A DNA stretch of 64,000 nucleotides, from NCBI GenBank assembly GCA_963827755.1, contig CAWHCQ010000012.1:96001-160000 (forward strand), written 5' to 3'. Positions 34,750 to 47,415 of the stretch are shown here, one piece after another. Numbering within the stretch: the first letter of the stretch is position 1; each line of letters opens with the position of its first letter. The stretch is from an uncultured Gammaproteobacteria bacterium (GTDB lineage: Bacteria > Pseudomonadota > Gammaproteobacteria > UBA9214). A program made the translations under genes and the position numbers. The notes beneath the pieces are model-generated. The model worked only from the letters and a program-made list of their open reading frames with translations, was not told the origin of the DNA and made no database searches.

Positions 34750-35786
34750 CTAATCAGCCGCACGGCGGTTGATAAACATCGCATCGCCATAACTGTAAAA
34801 ACGGTATCCGGCCTCAATGGCGTGCCGGTAGGCCGACATTGTCGTTTCATAGCCTGCAAAGGCCGACACCAGCATCAGCAAGGTCGACTCCGGCAGATGA
34901 AAATTGGTTAACAGCGCATCAACACACTGAAATTGATAGCCGGGGGTGATAAACAGATTGGTTTCTCCCCGGCCGGCTTTCACTACCCCGTCTTGTGACC
35001 GCAGACTCGAGACTGCGAACCACGGTCGTGCCAACGGCAACCACGCGCCCGCCATTTCTGCGGGTTTCTTCAATCCTGCTACTGGTCGCTTCACTTACCT
35101 CATAGTATTCGTAATGCATGACATGGTCGGCCAGGTCCTCAACCCGCACCGGCTGAAAGGTTCCCGCGCCGACATGCAGGGTAACGAAGGCCGTATCGAT
35201 GTCACGCGCAGCGAGTTGCTGCATTATGTCCGGCATCAAAATGCAGGCCGGCAGTCGGCGCCGCGACCGCCCCGGGTACCCGGGCATAAATGGTCTGATA
35301 ACGTTCATGGTCGACGGGTTCATCCGCCCGCTTTATGTACGGGGGCAACGGCACATGGCCATACGCCTGCAACTGCTCCATGACCGTTTGCCCCGGCGGA
35401 AATTCAAGCCGGAACAGGTCGGCATCACGGCCTTTGACCTCGACCGTGAGGGCGTCTTCAAGTATCAGGCGGGTACCCGGCCCCGGTGATTTGCTGGCTC
35501 GTACCTGCGCGAGCACCTCATGCCTGCCGGTAATACGCTCTACCAGCACCTCTATCCTGCCGCCGGATTCCTTGATCCCCTGCAGGCGCGCCGGTATCAC
35601 ACGCGTGTCATTGAAGACCAGCAAATCCCCGGGCATCAGCATGCCGGGGAAATCCTGAAAAAGGGCATCGCGGAGTTCGTCACGACCAGGATCAATATAC
35701 AAAAGGCGGCTGGCGCTGCGCTGCCTGCCCGGACGGGATGCAATCTGTGTTTCCGGGAGATGGTACTGAAAATCACTGCGCTGCAT
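34750..35786 (-). CDS. queA: S-adenosylmethionine:tRNA ribosyltransferase-isomerase (two frameshifts, near 35235 and 35000)
   Basis: [25 protein letters not shown] | [18 protein letters not shown] | [16 protein letters not shown] across three frames, each joined by removing one base. Confidence 0.93.
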
Positions 35787-35876
35787 GGCGCGCGATGGTA
35801 GCACAGGGCCCGGAAAAACCTCAGTGAGACTGCTTGCCCGGTAGCCGGGAATCTTTATACTAGGCAGGCTCTGATT

Positions 35877-35962
35877 GCCGGGGTGGCGGAATTGGTAGAC
35901 GCGCCTGACTCAAAATCAGGTGGCCTTTGGTCGTGCGAGTTCGATTCTCGCCCTCGGCACCA
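35877..35962 (+). tRNA. tRNA-Leu(CAA)
   Basis: GCCGGGG/CCTCGGC acceptor stem, anticodon arm CCTGA-CTCAAAA-TCAGG, long variable arm, GTTCGA T-loop, encoded CCA. Confidence 0.96.
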
Positions 35963-36056
35963 TCAGGAATATGATTTATCGAAAAGCAAGCGGCCGAAAC
36001 TGAAGGCCCGCACGATGCGTGAACACCCTACCCCTAACTGCTAGAAAGGTTTGTAC

Positions 36057-38616
36057 ATGCCAGGCACCCGTTTTGTACTTGAAGTCCAGCCCATTATCCC
36101 CGCAGCGCTGAAACGCCTCGAGGAACTTGCCAGCGATCTTTTATACAGCTGGGACCGGCAAGTCAGGCGGCTGTTCACGCGGCTTGACAAAGACCTGTGG
36201 GGAAGCTGCGGCCACAATCCGAAAACGTTTTTACGGCGGATCTCGCAACAGCGTCTCGAAGCAGCCGTCGAAGACCGGGTCTTCATGGAAGACTTTCAGC
36301 GCGTGCTGTCCGCCTACGACACCTATCAGGAACAGAGCATGCACCCGGGGCTTGAGGAACACATCAGCGCCGATTCTGACCTGATCGCCTATTTCTGTGC
36401 CGAATTCGGCTTTCATGAAAGCCTGCCGATTTATTCCGGTGGGCTGGGAATTCTTGCCGGCGACCATTGCAAGGCTGCCAGCGACCTGTGCATCCCGTTC
36501 ATTGCCGTGGGCATTCTCTACCGCCAGGGTTACTTCATCCAGAGAATCGATGAGCACGGCAACCAGATTTCACACTACACCCCGTCTGACTTTCACCAGT
36601 TACCGGTAAGCCAGAGCGTCGACAAGGATGGCAAGCCGCTGGTTATTTCGATTGATTTTCCGGGCCGGAAGGTTTTTCTGCACGTCTGGGAAGCACGTGC
36701 CGGCCACATAAAACTGTACTTGCTCGACAGTGACCTGAAAGAAAACCAGGAACATGATCGCATTATTACCCACCAGCTTTACGGTGGCGACAAGACCACA
36801 CGCATCCAGCAGGAAATCGTGCTTGGAATCGGCGGGGTACGGGCATTACGCACCCTGGGCATCGAACCAACCGTGTGGCATATCAACGAAGGCCATTCCG
36901 CCTTCCAGATTCTGGAACGCTGCCGGGAATATGTACAAAAAGGCCGGAATTTTTCACAGGCGCTGGAACTCATCGCCTCCGGTACGGTGTTCACCACGCA
37001 CACACCCGTCGCGGCCGGCCATGACATCTTTGAGCACGGCCTGATCTCCAGCTACTTCCGCGACTATATCAATGAACTGGGCATTGATATGCAGCAATTT
37101 CTGGCCCTCGGCACCACACCGGATTCCCATGGCGGGTTCAACCAGACGGCATTCGCACTGCGCGGATCACGTTTTCATAATGGCGTCAGCCGCATCCATG
37201 GCGGCGTGGCCTCGGAAATGGAACACTACATCTGGCCCGAGGTGCCGCACAGGGAAAACCCCATCAGCTATGTCACCAATGGCGTACACCTGCAGACGTT
37301 CCTCGCGCGTGAGTGGTCAAACCTTTATGACATGCGCTTTGGCCGTGCCTGGCGTGATGAATTGCTGAACCGGGAATACTGGGAACGAATAGACGAAATA
37401 CCCGATCACAGCTACTGGAGTCTGCGCCAGTCAGCTGAAAACCGAGCTGTTTGAAAATGTACTGCACCGTGCCCTGCTGCAGTATCGCCGTAACGGCTGC
37501 AGCGAAGCGCTGATGGACAAGTTAACAACGAACCTGGCACCCGGTAACAGCGACATTCTGACGGTTGGCTTTGCCCGCAGGTTTGCCACCTATAAACGTG
37601 CAACCCTGCTGTTCTCCGATCCGCAACGACTCAGCCGCCTGCTGACGAACCCGGAACGGCCGGTACTATTGATCTTTGCAGGCAAGGCACACCCCAGTGA
37701 TTTACCGGGGCAGGAACTGATCCGCACCATTCACGAGTTCTCCCTGAAACCTGAGTTCATCGGGCATATCCTGTTGCTTGAAGGCTATGACCTGGCACTG
37801 GGACGCAAGCTGGTTACCGGCGTGGATGTCTGGCTGAACACCCCGGAATATCCACTCGAGGCCAGCGGCACATCCGGACAAAAGGCCGCAATGAACGGCG
37901 TCATAAACCTCAGCGTCCTCGATGGCTGGTGGGCTGAAGGATATAATGGCGAAAACGGCTGGGCCATCACCCCGCATGAACCCCACTTCGACGCGGGCTA
38001 CCGCAATCATGAAGAAGCCACCGAATTACTGGACTTGCTGGAAAACAAGGTAATCCCGCAATACTACAACCGCGATGGCCAGGGTTATTCTGAAGACTGG
38101 GTGAGGATGTCAAAAGCATCCATGAAATCAAGCATCCCTGACTTCAATGCCCAAAGGATGGTCAGGGACTACGTTACCAACTGCTATGGTCCGGCAAGCC
38201 GTCAAAACAAACGCCTGCGTGAAAACAATTCAAGCGGTGCACAGAAACTGGCTGAATGGAAGGCCAGAATAAACCGCTCCTGGGACTCGGTAAAACTGCG
38301 CCGCATAGACAAATCAGGCAATTCCCTGACAGCCGGACAAAGCCTCAAATTGGGAGTGGCGGCAAGCCTCGGGGAATTAACGGCATCTGATGTAGTCCTG
38401 GAATGCCTGGTCGGCACAGAATCCGCACACGAAAAGTTCATCGTGCACAATAAAATACAACTGCAAAGCAGTGGTGCCAATAAAGAAGGCGAGGCCTTGT
38501 TCGAGCTGGACCTGGAACCGCCACTGACCGGCCTGCAATTCTACAAACTGCGTCTCTACCCGAGCCACCCGTTGTTGAGTCACCCTTTCGAGACAGGTCG
38601 CATCATCTGGCTATAG
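36057..38616 (+). CDS. glgP: alpha-glucan phosphorylase (frameshift near 37435)
   Basis: YSGGLGILAGDH, HINEGH, FTTHTPV | ARRFATYKR, EASGTSGQK (PLP site), DGWW; halves joined by removing one base. Confidence 0.93.
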
Positions 38617-38624
38617 ACTGGTGC

Positions 38625-40082
38625 TCAGCTACACCGGCCAGCTTGTTTAACCAGCGCTCGCAAGCGTTCGGGCAGCGTCTCCGGGACCTGGCTCCAGTCG
38701 AACCGCCAGCGCCAGTTGCCGCCGAGACTGCCCGGTGTATTCATACGGTGTTCGCTGCCCAGTGCAAGCAAGTCCTGCAAGGGGATGATTGCAAGCACGG
38801 CTTTTGATTCCAGCGCCGCCCTGATTAACGGCCACGGCATGTCATCTTCCGTGGTTCCCAGGTATTCATGCACGAGCCGCTGCAGTTCGCTGCTGGCGCT
38901 TGCATACCATCCGAGTGTCGTATCGTTGTCATGCGTGCCCGTGTAGACCACGGACAGGGGCTCGTGATTTTTCGGCAGGTATGGATTATCCGGCCCGCTT
39001 TCAAATGCAAATTGCAGAATCTTCATTCCGGGAAATCCGTACTGCAGGCGCAATGCATCCACCTCCGGGGTGATAACACCAAGATCTTCCGCCACCAGCG
39101 GCAGCTCGCCGAATTCCTGCACAAGCGCATTGAGCAGGTCTTCACCGGGACCGTCCACCCAGCGCCCGTTAACCGCCGTCTCTGACGCTGCCGGGATCTC
39201 CCAGTATTTTTCAAAACCCCGGAAATGATCCAGGCGGATAATATCGAACAGGTCCAGCTGGGTACGAAACCGGTCCACCCACCAGCCATAATTACGCTGC
39301 TTGAGCACATCCCACCTGTACAGGGGATTGCCCCAGCGCTGACCGGTCACCGAGAAATAATCCGGTGGCACACCGGCAACCACATCGCTCGCGCCGGCCT
39401 CGTCTATCGTAAACAGGTCACGGTTGGCCCAGACATCAGCACTGTCGTGGGCCACGTATATCGGCATATCCCCGAACAGCAGGACACCGCGTTCATTCGC
39501 GTAGGCCCGCAAGGCATACCATTGTGAAAAAAACAGGTATTGTTCAAAACAGGCCTGCTCGATCAGGCCGGCGTGGCGCTCGCTGAATTCGCCCAACGCC
39601 CGTGGTTCCCGGTCGCGCAGCGCCGGCTCCCACTCAAACCAGGATCTGTGCTGGTGTGTCTGCCGGATTGCCTGGTAAGCGGCATAGTCAGACAACCAGT
39701 AGCCGTGGGTCTGCTTGAATTCAAGATAATCTTTTTTTTCAGAAGCTTGCGCAGCATTCACAAATTCTGCATGAGCTTCGATCAGGCAGTCCTGCAGGGA
39801 CAAGGTGTGGCGCAGCGAGGGCTTCAGCCAGCCACGCACGACCAGCTCATCCAGGTTGATGAAGCTGGTGTTGCCGGCGTGTACAGACAGGCACTGGTAG
39901 GGAGAATGATCGGCGTGGGTCGGACCCAGCGGCAGTGTCTGCCAGACGCTGAATCCCGAATCCTGTAAAAAATCGATGAAGCGACGCGCTTCATTTCCCG
40001 AACCGCCCGTGTCATGCGCCCCCGGCAGGGATGACGGATGCAACAACACCCCGGCGCGACGCTCTGTCAGATATTTATGCAA
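38625..40082 (-). CDS. malQ: 4-alpha-glucanotransferase (GH77)
   Basis: GVLLHPSSLP, GVPPDYFS.TGQRWGNP, RLDHFRG, AEDLG, YTGTHDNDT. Confidence 0.95.
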   Translation of the reverse strand: MHKYLTERRAGVLLHPSSLPGAHDTGGSGNEARRFIDFLQDSGFSVWQTLPLGPTHADHSPYQCLSVHAGNTSFINLDELVVRGWLKPSLRHTLSLQDCLIEAHAEFVNAAQASEKKDYLEFKQTHGYWLSDYAAYQAIRQTHQHRSWFEWEPALRDREPRALGEFSERHAGLIEQACFEQYLFFSQWYALRAYANERGVLLFGDMPIYVAHDSADVWANRDLFTIDEAGASDVVAGVPPDYFSVTGQRWGNPLYRWDVLKQRNYGWWVDRFRTQLDLFDIIRLDHFRGFEKYWEIPAASETAVNGRWVDGPGEDLLNALVQEFGELPLVAEDLGVITPEVDALRLQYGFPGMKILQFAFESGPDNPYLPKNHEPLSVVYTGTHDNDTTLGWYASASSELQRLVHEYLGTTEDDMPWPLIRAALESKAVLAIIPLQDLLALGSEHRMNTPGSLGGNWRWRFDWSQVPETLPERLRALVKQAGRCS

Positions 40083-40106
40083 GTGGGATGTGCCGGGCTG
40101 TCCGTA

Positions 40107-41813
40107 TCAACCTGTAAACTTTCCCTTGCGCATTGCGCCACCATCGACCGGTGCGCCGCTGCCGTGGGCAAAGACATGGCTCAGATATTCCGGGGGCTCC
40201 CTGCCGAGCATGCTGTAGAGGTTGGACAGGTGCACGCGAAAGAGTCGCTCGAAGTCACTCACCGTGTCCGCAGAGTTGTAGTCGCCAAACCACCAGAACC
40301 AGTCGGAGCCTTCACAAATGGATAACTGGTGCTGGGCAGCAAGCATCTGTTCGCTATCCAGACTGCCTGCGGACATGACCTGGTCAAAGACCTGCTTCGC
40401 GTCGCCCAGCATCTCCCAGCCACGGTTTTTGTCCGGGTCACCGATCCAGGTAGAGAACGTACCGTATACCCAGCTGCCGCTGACCAGTTTTTTGATAGCA
40501 GGCAGCTTTTTATGATTCTCGAGGTATTCAGAGTAGGTGGTCATATTCAGATCAGGATGCTCGGAGAGTCTTTTGTAGAGCGTATTCAGAAAGTGGAACC
40601 CGTTTTCCGGAAAATGTTCCCAGGCATTTTCACCATCGAGGATTATCGAAACCAGCGGATGCGTCTGCCCGCGGCAAGCCTCGGCAATATTATCAAGATG
40701 CTGGATCAGGTTGGCGACGGCATCATCGGCATGCCAGTCGGAATAGGTAAACCCGATAAGATCGGAGAGGCCGTCATCGCGGAAAAAACAGGCCGTTTTT
40801 CCGCCTTCTACCCTGAATGGCTGGTACAGGCTGGCCTCCTTCAGGGACACATTCGCCGGGTTGGCCATACTGTGGCGAAATACCGATTCGCCACTGGCTG
40901 CCCATGTAAAGCCGTATTCCTCCAGCAGGGCCAGGGTCGCCTTGCTGACACTGCCTTCCGAGGGCCAGCAGCCGGCCGGTCGGGCCCCGAAGTACTCCTC
41001 GAACGTGGCAATACCCTCTTCAATATGCCAGCGGGCGCGTTCCTCACCACCGGGATAGGCCTGCAGGCGGGGCATGGTTATATCCGGCATGGCATCCCGC
41101 GCGGTCTCGAGATCCAGCATCAGGGGAATGATCGGATGGGCATAAGGTGACATGGACAGCTCCACCTGGCCACGTTCAAGCAGCGTCCGGTAGCCGTCGA
41201 TCACGCTGGAGAGCAGTTCGCCGATGAGTTTCAGCAGCTGGCGGCGATCATGGATGGTGAAGCCATTGCCCTTCTCCATCAATGTTTCCACCAGGGCGTT
41301 ATTGCGGCGAACCGTTTCCCCCATCCAGGCCAGGTGGTACCAGACCAGCAAATCAATAATGAACTGGTCACCGACATAGAGCATGCCGGTGGGATGCCGG
41401 CTGAACCAGCCGGCCATTTCCGCCAGGCTCTGGTAGGCTGAAAAACGCTTGATGGAACGCAGTTCATTTGCCTTCAGGCAGGCACTGATCAGGCCCATCC
41501 TGTGATTTTTTCCGCTAGGTAATACCGGGCATGCCAGCGCACTCAGCAACGGATCGCGAATGGCCTTGTTTTCAGAGAGAAAGCCGTTGATCTGGCCGGC
41601 ATAGTCTGACAGCTGCTCCAGCAATATGGGTGCAAAATTAACCACCGCCCGGGCACCCGGTACGGCTTCAAGATGTGCCGCCATATCGATGTAATCCTTG
41701 GTGGCATGCAGGTAGGACCACGGCAGCTGATAAATGCCGCTGATCTGGTCACAATATTGTGGCTGGTGCATATGCCAGCAAATGACAACATTCAGCGACT
41801 GCTTACCTGACAT
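40107..41813 (-). CDS. glycoside hydrolase family 57 protein
   Basis: [37 protein letters not shown]. Confidence 0.92.
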   Translation of the reverse strand: MSGKQSLNVVICWHMHQPQYCDQISGIYQLPWSYLHATKDYIDMAAHLEAVPGARAVVNFAPILLEQLSDYAGQINGFLSENKAIRDPLLSALACPVLPSGKNHRMGLISACLKANELRSIKRFSAYQSLAEMAGWFSRHPTGMLYVGDQFIIDLLVWYHLAWMGETVRRNNALVETLMEKGNGFTIHDRRQLLKLIGELLSSVIDGYRTLLERGQVELSMSPYAHPIIPLMLDLETARDAMPDITMPRLQAYPGGEERARWHIEEGIATFEEYFGARPAGCWPSEGSVSKATLALLEEYGFTWAASGESVFRHSMANPANVSLKEASLYQPFRVEGGKTACFFRDDGLSDLIGFTYSDWHADDAVANLIQHLDNIAEACRGQTHPLVSIILDGENAWEHFPENGFHFLNTLYKRLSEHPDLNMTTYSEYLENHKKLPAIKKLVSGSWVYGTFSTWIGDPDKNRGWEMLGDAKQVFDQVMSAGSLDSEQMLAAQHQLSICEGSDWFWWFGDYNSADTVSDFERLFRVHLSNLYSMLGREPPEYLSHVFAHGSGAPVDGGAMRKGKFTG

Positions 41814-43071
41814 GGTGAAGTTCCTGGTCCAGCATCTCGGGCGTCACCAGTACAACCCCGCCCGGGCTGACATAAAACCGCTCTGCATCGGACTCGGGAT
41901 CCTCGCCGATGACGGTACCGGCAGGCAGCACGCAGCCCTTGTCGATGATTGCCCGGGTAATATGGCAGTCACGCCCGATGCGCACATTCGGCAAGGCAAC
42001 CACATCCTCCAGTTCCGAGTAGGAATTTACCCTGACATTGGAAAACAACAGGGAATGTCGAACCGTGGCGCCGGAGATGACGCAACCGCCAGAGACCATT
42101 GAATCCAGTGCCATGCCGCGCCGCTTTTCATCGTCGAAAATAAACTTGGCAGGAGGCAATTGTTCCTGGTAGGTCCAGATTGGCCAGTTTTCATCGTACA
42201 GGTTCAGTTCCGGGAGAACCCCGATCAGCTCGAGGTTGGCAGCCCAGAAGGAGTCGATGGTTCCCACATCACGCCAGTAGGCAGATTGCGTATCATGGGT
42301 ATCCCTGAAGAAGTAAGTCATCACCCGGTACTTCTCTACAAGGCGCGGAATGATGTCTTTGCCGAAGTCATGGGTTGAATAGGATTCATCTGCATCCCTG
42401 ATCAACTGCTCGTAGAGGAAGGCCGTGTTGAAGACATAAATGCCCATCGAGGCCAGCGCCGTGCCCGGCTGACCGGGTATTGGATCAGGCTGCTCCGGTT
42501 TCTCCTTGAAACTTAATACCCGCCCCTCCTCGTCGACAGACATGACACCGAATGCCCTGGCAGTTTCCAGTGGCACCTCGATGCAACTGACTGTCAGGTC
42601 CGCTTTCGATTCCACATGCTTGGCAATCATGGTCCCGTAGTCCATCTTGTAGACATGATCACCTGCCAGTATCAGCACATAGTCCGGCTTGTGGGTGCGG
42701 ATGATATCGAGGTTCTGGTAGACCGCATCGGCCGTTCCGGCATACCAGGAATCCTGAATGCGTTGTTGTGCCGGCAGCAGCTCGATGAATTCCTTGAATT
42801 CTCCGCGCAGAAAACTCCAGCCGTGCTGGATGTGCTGGATCAGTGAATGCGCCTTGTACTGTGTCAATACCCCGATCATGCGAATACCGGAATTCAGGCA
42901 GTTGGATAAGGGAAAATCAATAATCCGGAATTTCCCGCCGAAGGGGACCGCGGGCTTGGCCCGCCACAGCGTTAATTGCTGCAGGCGCGAACCGCGCCCG
43001 CCAGCGAGAATCAGCGCCAGCGTATTGCGGGTAATACGGCTGACAAAGCGCATATCTTGAGTGAGTGGCAT
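41803..43071 (-). CDS. glgC: glucose-1-phosphate adenylyltransferase
   Basis: [43 protein letters not shown]. Confidence 0.97.
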   Translation of the reverse strand: MPLTQDMRFVSRITRNTLALILAGGRGSRLQQLTLWRAKPAVPFGGKFRIIDFPLSNCLNSGIRMIGVLTQYKAHSLIQHIQHGWSFLRGEFKEFIELLPAQQRIQDSWYAGTADAVYQNLDIIRTHKPDYVLILAGDHVYKMDYGTMIAKHVESKADLTVSCIEVPLETARAFGVMSVDEEGRVLSFKEKPEQPDPIPGQPGTALASMGIYVFNTAFLYEQLIRDADESYSTHDFGKDIIPRLVEKYRVMTYFFRDTHDTQSAYWRDVGTIDSFWAANLELIGVLPELNLYDENWPIWTYQEQLPPAKFIFDDEKRRGMALDSMVSGGCVISGATVRHSLLFSNVRVNSYSELEDVVALPNVRIGRDCHITRAIIDKGCVLPAGTVIGEDPESDAERFYVSPGGVVLVTPEMLDQELHHVR

Positions 43072-43201
43072 CAAAACATCCTGTTCAATGGGTTCGGGCA
43101 AGGACGTTATTGTATGGGCAAGTCCATTGACTGTATAGTTACCTCGCGATACCGGCTGATTGCCCGAATACCCGACAGCGACACTCAGGAAATATTGATT
43201 C

Positions 43202-45403
43202 ATGCAGGATTCTGATACAGCCAATTCTCCATCATCCGGACACTCCCCGGAGATAATCCGGCTGCTCGAAGCACGCCACCATGACCCGTTTACCCTGCTC
43301 GGAAAACACGGCTATGCTGAAAAGGACCTGGTGCGGGTTTTTATCCCCGGCGCCGCCTGGGTGCGAATCGCAGAAAACGGGGCCTCTCTGAAACGTGTCG
43401 GCAATACCGATCTGTTTGAGTGGCATGGCCCCGCCGGGCAGGTGCCGAACCATTACCGGCTGATCTGGTGTGACCGCTACGGGGCCGAGCACGTGGCCTA
43501 TGACCCTTACTGTTTCCCGGCGCAACTCTCGGAATTCGACCTGCACCTGTTTGGAGAAGGACGGCACTGGCATATTTACCGCGTGCTTGGCGCGCACAAG
43601 GAGCAGATTGACGGCATCAACGGTGTCCGCTTCAGCGTCTGGGCGCCCTCGGCGGAACGTGTCAGCGTGGTCGGTGATTTCAATAGCTGGGATGGCCGCT
43701 GTCACCCGATGCGGGTCAGTGGCGGAGGCGGTGTCTGGCAACTTTTCATTCCCGGGCTGGGTGCCGGTCAACCCTATAAATACGAGATTCGTACCCGCCC
43801 GCATGGCAGGATTCTGCTGAAAACCGATCCCTATGGCCAACACTTCGAGCTGCGCCCTGCCAATGCTGCACGCATCCCGGAAAACAGGCCTTATCACTGG
43901 AAAGACAGCAGCTGGATGCAACAACGTCCCGATTCGGACTGGCAGCACATACCGATTTCTATTTACGAGGTGCATCTCGGCTCATGGAAACGTGATCAGC
44001 ATGGCGACTTCCTCGATTACCGCACCCTTGCGATCGAGCTGGTCGAGCATGTGAAACAGACCGGCTTCACTCACATCGAATTGTTGCCGGTTACCGAGCA
44101 TCCGCTCGATGCTTCCTGGGGCTACCAGACGACCGGCTACTTTGCAGCGACCAGCCGTTTCGGCAACCCGGATGATTTCCGTTTCTTCGTTGATTACTGC
44201 CATCAAAACAACATCGGTGTCCTGCTGGACTGGGCACCGGCGCACTTTCCAAGAGACGCACATGCGCTGGCCAGCTTCGATGGCACGGCATTGTATGAAC
44301 ATGCCGACCCGCGTCGCGGTGAACACCTGGACTGGGGCACACTGATCTACAACTACGGCCGCAACGAGGTCAGGAATTTCCTGCTTTCCAGTGCGATTTA
44401 CTGGCTGGAGGAGTTTCATATCGATGGCCTGCGCGTCGACGCGGTTGCCTCCATGCTCTATCATGACTATTCACGCAAGTCCGGTGAGTGGCTTCCCAAC
44501 ATCCATGGTGGTCGCGAAAACCTTGAAGCCGTTCACTTTCTGCGCGAGCTCAATACCGTCACCCATGCCGAGTATCCCGGGACCCTGATCATCGCGGAAG
44601 AATCCACCGCCTGGCCCGGCGTCAGCCGGCCGGTTGATCATGGCGGTCTGGGCTTCAGCATGAAATGGAACATGGGCTGGATGCATGATTCCATACGCTA
44701 CATGCAACATGAACCCGTACACCGGAAATACCATCACAATGACCTGACATTCGGCCTGCTGTATGCATATACAGAAAATTTTGTACTGCCTTTTTCACAT
44801 GACGAAGTCGTACACGGGAAAGGTTCCATGCTCTACAAGCAGACCGGGGATGACTGGCAGCGCTTTGCCAACCTGCGACTTTTGTATACCTACATGTTTA
44901 CCTTCCCGGGCAAGAAACTGCTGTTCATGGGGGACGAGATTGCCCAGGGAAACGAATGGAATTTCGATGCCAGCGTGGAATGGCACCTGCTGGAATATGA
45001 AGGCCACCGGGGCGTGCAGAAACTCGTCAGCGACCTGAACCGCATCTATCGCGATTATTCAGCGCTGCACCGGTTTGATTTCACCCCGGAAGGTTTTGAA
45101 TGGATCGACGGCAATGCCTCCGAGCTTTCGATTCTTTCTTACCTGCGCCGCGACGGCGACAATATTGTCATCGTGGTACTCAACTATACACCGGTACCAC
45201 GCCATGCCTACCGGGTCGGGGTACCTGTGGCAGGCCAGTATACTGAACTGCTCAATTCGGACTCCGATTTTTACGGCGGCTCCGATGTCGGCAATATCGG
45301 CCAGGTAAGCACCGAGGACGTGCCCTGGAACAACAAACCCTGCTCGCTGTCACTCTCCTTGCCGCCACTGGGTGGTCTCGTATTGCAATTGCAGACCGGC
45401 TGA
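43202..45403 (+). CDS. glgB: 1,4-alpha-glucan branching enzyme
   Basis: [43 protein letters not shown]. Confidence 0.97.
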   Translation: MQDSDTANSPSSGHSPEIIRLLEARHHDPFTLLGKHGYAEKDLVRVFIPGAAWVRIAENGASLKRVGNTDLFEWHGPAGQVPNHYRLIWCDRYGAEHVAYDPYCFPAQLSEFDLHLFGEGRHWHIYRVLGAHKEQIDGINGVRFSVWAPSAERVSVVGDFNSWDGRCHPMRVSGGGGVWQLFIPGLGAGQPYKYEIRTRPHGRILLKTDPYGQHFELRPANAARIPENRPYHWKDSSWMQQRPDSDWQHIPISIYEVHLGSWKRDQHGDFLDYRTLAIELVEHVKQTGFTHIELLPVTEHPLDASWGYQTTGYFAATSRFGNPDDFRFFVDYCHQNNIGVLLDWAPAHFPRDAHALASFDGTALYEHADPRRGEHLDWGTLIYNYGRNEVRNFLLSSAIYWLEEFHIDGLRVDAVASMLYHDYSRKSGEWLPNIHGGRENLEAVHFLRELNTVTHAEYPGTLIIAEESTAWPGVSRPVDHGGLGFSMKWNMGWMHDSIRYMQHEPVHRKYHHNDLTFGLLYAYTENFVLPFSHDEVVHGKGSMLYKQTGDDWQRFANLRLLYTYMFTFPGKKLLFMGDEIAQGNEWNFDASVEWHLLEYEGHRGVQKLVSDLNRIYRDYSALHRFDFTPEGFEWIDGNASELSILSYLRRDGDNIVIVVLNYTPVPRHAYRVGVPVAGQYTELLNSDSDFYGGSDVGNIGQVSTEDVPWNNKPCSLSLSLPPLGGLVLQLQTG

Positions 45404-45507
45404 CGGACCCCGGGCGGGTGGCTGCGCTTTACAGGCCTTGCAAATACCGGCTGTAGCGCCTATCTGTTAAACAGGACTGTCGTGAAATCACTGCCGGAGA
45501 TGCCATC

Positions 45508-46296
45508 ATGGAAACTATCAGGGAGCCTGCGGTAGCTGGCAGCTTTTATCCAGCCAACCCGCTGGAGTTAAGGTCAATGCTGCAAGGCTACCTGGCGCAG
45601 GCCGCTGCAGGCGGGCCTGCCCCGAAGGCAATGATCGTACCGCATGCCGGTTATATTTACTCAGGCCCGGTAGCAGCCAGTGGTTACGCCCGCCTGCTGC
45701 AGGCAGCCGATCGCATCAACCGGGTAATCCTGCTCGGACCCGCTCACCGGCTCGCATTCAGGGGGCTGGCAGTGCCCGACGCCGACGGCTTCAGAACCCC
45801 GCTGGGCATCATATCCCTGGACAAGCCCGCGATCCGGGAGCTGCTCGCCCTGCCGCAGGTCCATCTCAGTGAGGAGGCACACCGCCAGGAACACAGCCTG
45901 GAAGTACACCTCCCCTTCCTGCAGGCCACCCTGCATGATTTCACCCTGGTACCGCTGGTGGTCGGGGACGCCTCACCCGCGGAGGTGAGCGAGATTATCG
46001 GGCATTTCTGGGACAGCCCCGGGACACTGATCATTATCAGTTCTGACCTGAGCCATTACCATGACTACGACACAGCGGTAAAACTCGACAAAATGACAGC
46101 ACATGCCATCGAAAACCTGGCGCTGGAAAATATCGGCTATGACCATGCCTGCGGCCGTAATCCCGTCAATGGCCTGCTGCTCTATGCCAGGGAGCATGGA
46201 CTTGCTGCGCAGACAATCGACCTGCGCAATTCGGGCGACACCGCCGGCCCGCGCGACCAGGTGGTCGGTTACGGCACCTGGGTAATCAACCAGTAG
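45508..46296 (+). CDS. amrB: AmmeMemoRadiSam system protein B (MEMO1 family)
   Basis: REPAVAGSFYP, PHAGYIYSG, EHSLEVHLPFL, SSDLSHY, ACG, NSGD...VVGY. Confidence 0.92.
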   Translation: METIREPAVAGSFYPANPLELRSMLQGYLAQAAAGGPAPKAMIVPHAGYIYSGPVAASGYARLLQAADRINRVILLGPAHRLAFRGLAVPDADGFRTPLGIISLDKPAIRELLALPQVHLSEEAHRQEHSLEVHLPFLQATLHDFTLVPLVVGDASPAEVSEIIGHFWDSPGTLIIISSDLSHYHDYDTAVKLDKMTAHAIENLALENIGYDHACGRNPVNGLLLYAREHGLAAQTIDLRNSGDTAGPRDQVVGYGTWVINQ

Positions 46297-46297
46297 C

Positions 46298-46891
46298 ATG
46301 ACCTGCACACCTGAAGAACAAATGGGCCTGCTGCAGGTGGCGTTGGAATCAATTGAATCCGGCCTGGGATCAGGCAAACCGGCAAGCGGCGACAGCCGTG
46401 CAAGCATCGGGGCTCTCGATAAACCAGGTGCCAGCTTCGTTACCCTGAAAAAACAAGGTGCGCTGCGTGGCTGTATCGGCACGCTTGAGGCACACAGGCG
46501 CCTGGTTGACGATGTTGCCGCCAATGCCTTTGCAGCGGCATTCCGCGATCCGCGTTTTGATAAACTGGCAAGCGAGGAACTGGACTCCCTGGAAATCGGA
46601 ATTTCCATACTCGGACCCAGGGAAGCGCTCGTATTTGATTCACAGCAGGCATTGCTTGACATGCTGCGCCCCGGCGTGGACGGCCTGGTTCTGCATGACG
46701 GCAATGCCAGGGCAACGTTTTTGCCTGCTGTCTGGGAGTCACTACCGCAACCTGCGGCGTTTCTTGGGCAACTCAAGCAAAAAGCCGGGTTACCGGCCGA
46801 CTACTGGTCGGATACGCTGGAGGTCTGGCGCTACACGACCGAATCGTTTGCTGGCGCCGTTGCGGAAATAAGAAATTCGAAGGACAGTTGA
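46298..46891 (+). CDS. amrA: AmmeMemoRadiSam system protein A (AMMECR1 family)
   Basis: FVTL, LRGCIG, AAFRDPRF, TFLPAVW, L..KAGL. Confidence 0.92.
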   Translation: MTCTPEEQMGLLQVALESIESGLGSGKPASGDSRASIGALDKPGASFVTLKKQGALRGCIGTLEAHRRLVDDVAANAFAAAFRDPRFDKLASEELDSLEIGISILGPREALVFDSQQALLDMLRPGVDGLVLHDGNARATFLPAVWESLPQPAAFLGQLKQKAGLPADYWSDTLEVWRYTTESFAGAVAEIRNSKDS

Positions 46892-46892
46892 T

Positions 46893-47402
46893 TTATTGCT
46901 GAGCAGGACTCAGCCAGGCAAACATAACGCTTGCCAGCAACATCATCAACAACAGGACCCGCAAGCGTCTTGAATCCGGTCGCTTGCTTTCGGATGACAT
47001 GGCACCGGCAAACAGGTAGTGGCTTAACAGGGTATTGGCATCTTTACCACGACGGTTCGGTGTTGTTCTGCGTTCTCCATGGGATTTCAGGTGATGCTTG
47101 TCATTAGTACTGCGACGGTCATTGCGGCGCTCATCCGCCTTCATATGAGCAATCACCAGCCGCTCATAGTCATCCCGGCCGGATTGACCTGCCAGTTCGG
47201 CCGGCAGCAGGCTGGCAAGACGCCGTGCAACAGACCAGTTCTCACGGTCCTGGCTGAGCTCGTCATCCAGGCGTATACGCCCGAGTAATAGATAGCTGGA
47301 GATATTTTCAGCCGTAAATGGCCCGCGCATTACTCCGTCACGCCGCGTATACCAGCACCTTCCAGGATGCTCGTCATGCTTGACGGGAGATATCAGGCTC
47401 AT
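46893..47402 (-). CDS. hypothetical tail-anchored protein (GYF_2-like N-terminus, Arg-rich ERR/DRR motifs)
   Basis: WY..R.G..RGPF...I...L..GRI...D..S.D...W; ERRNDRR and ERRTTPNRR; C-terminal hydrophobic helix; starts 13 bp after the fliA stop. Confidence 0.75.
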   Translation of the reverse strand: MSLISPVKHDEHPGRCWYTRRDGVMRGPFTAENISSYLLLGRIRLDDELSQDRENWSVARRLASLLPAELAGQSGRDDYERLVIAHMKADERRNDRRSTNDKHHLKSHGERRTTPNRRGKDANTLLSHYLFAGAMSSESKRPDSRRLRVLLLMMLLASVMFAWLSPAQQ

Positions 47403-47415
47403 CGTTTTTCGCTCG

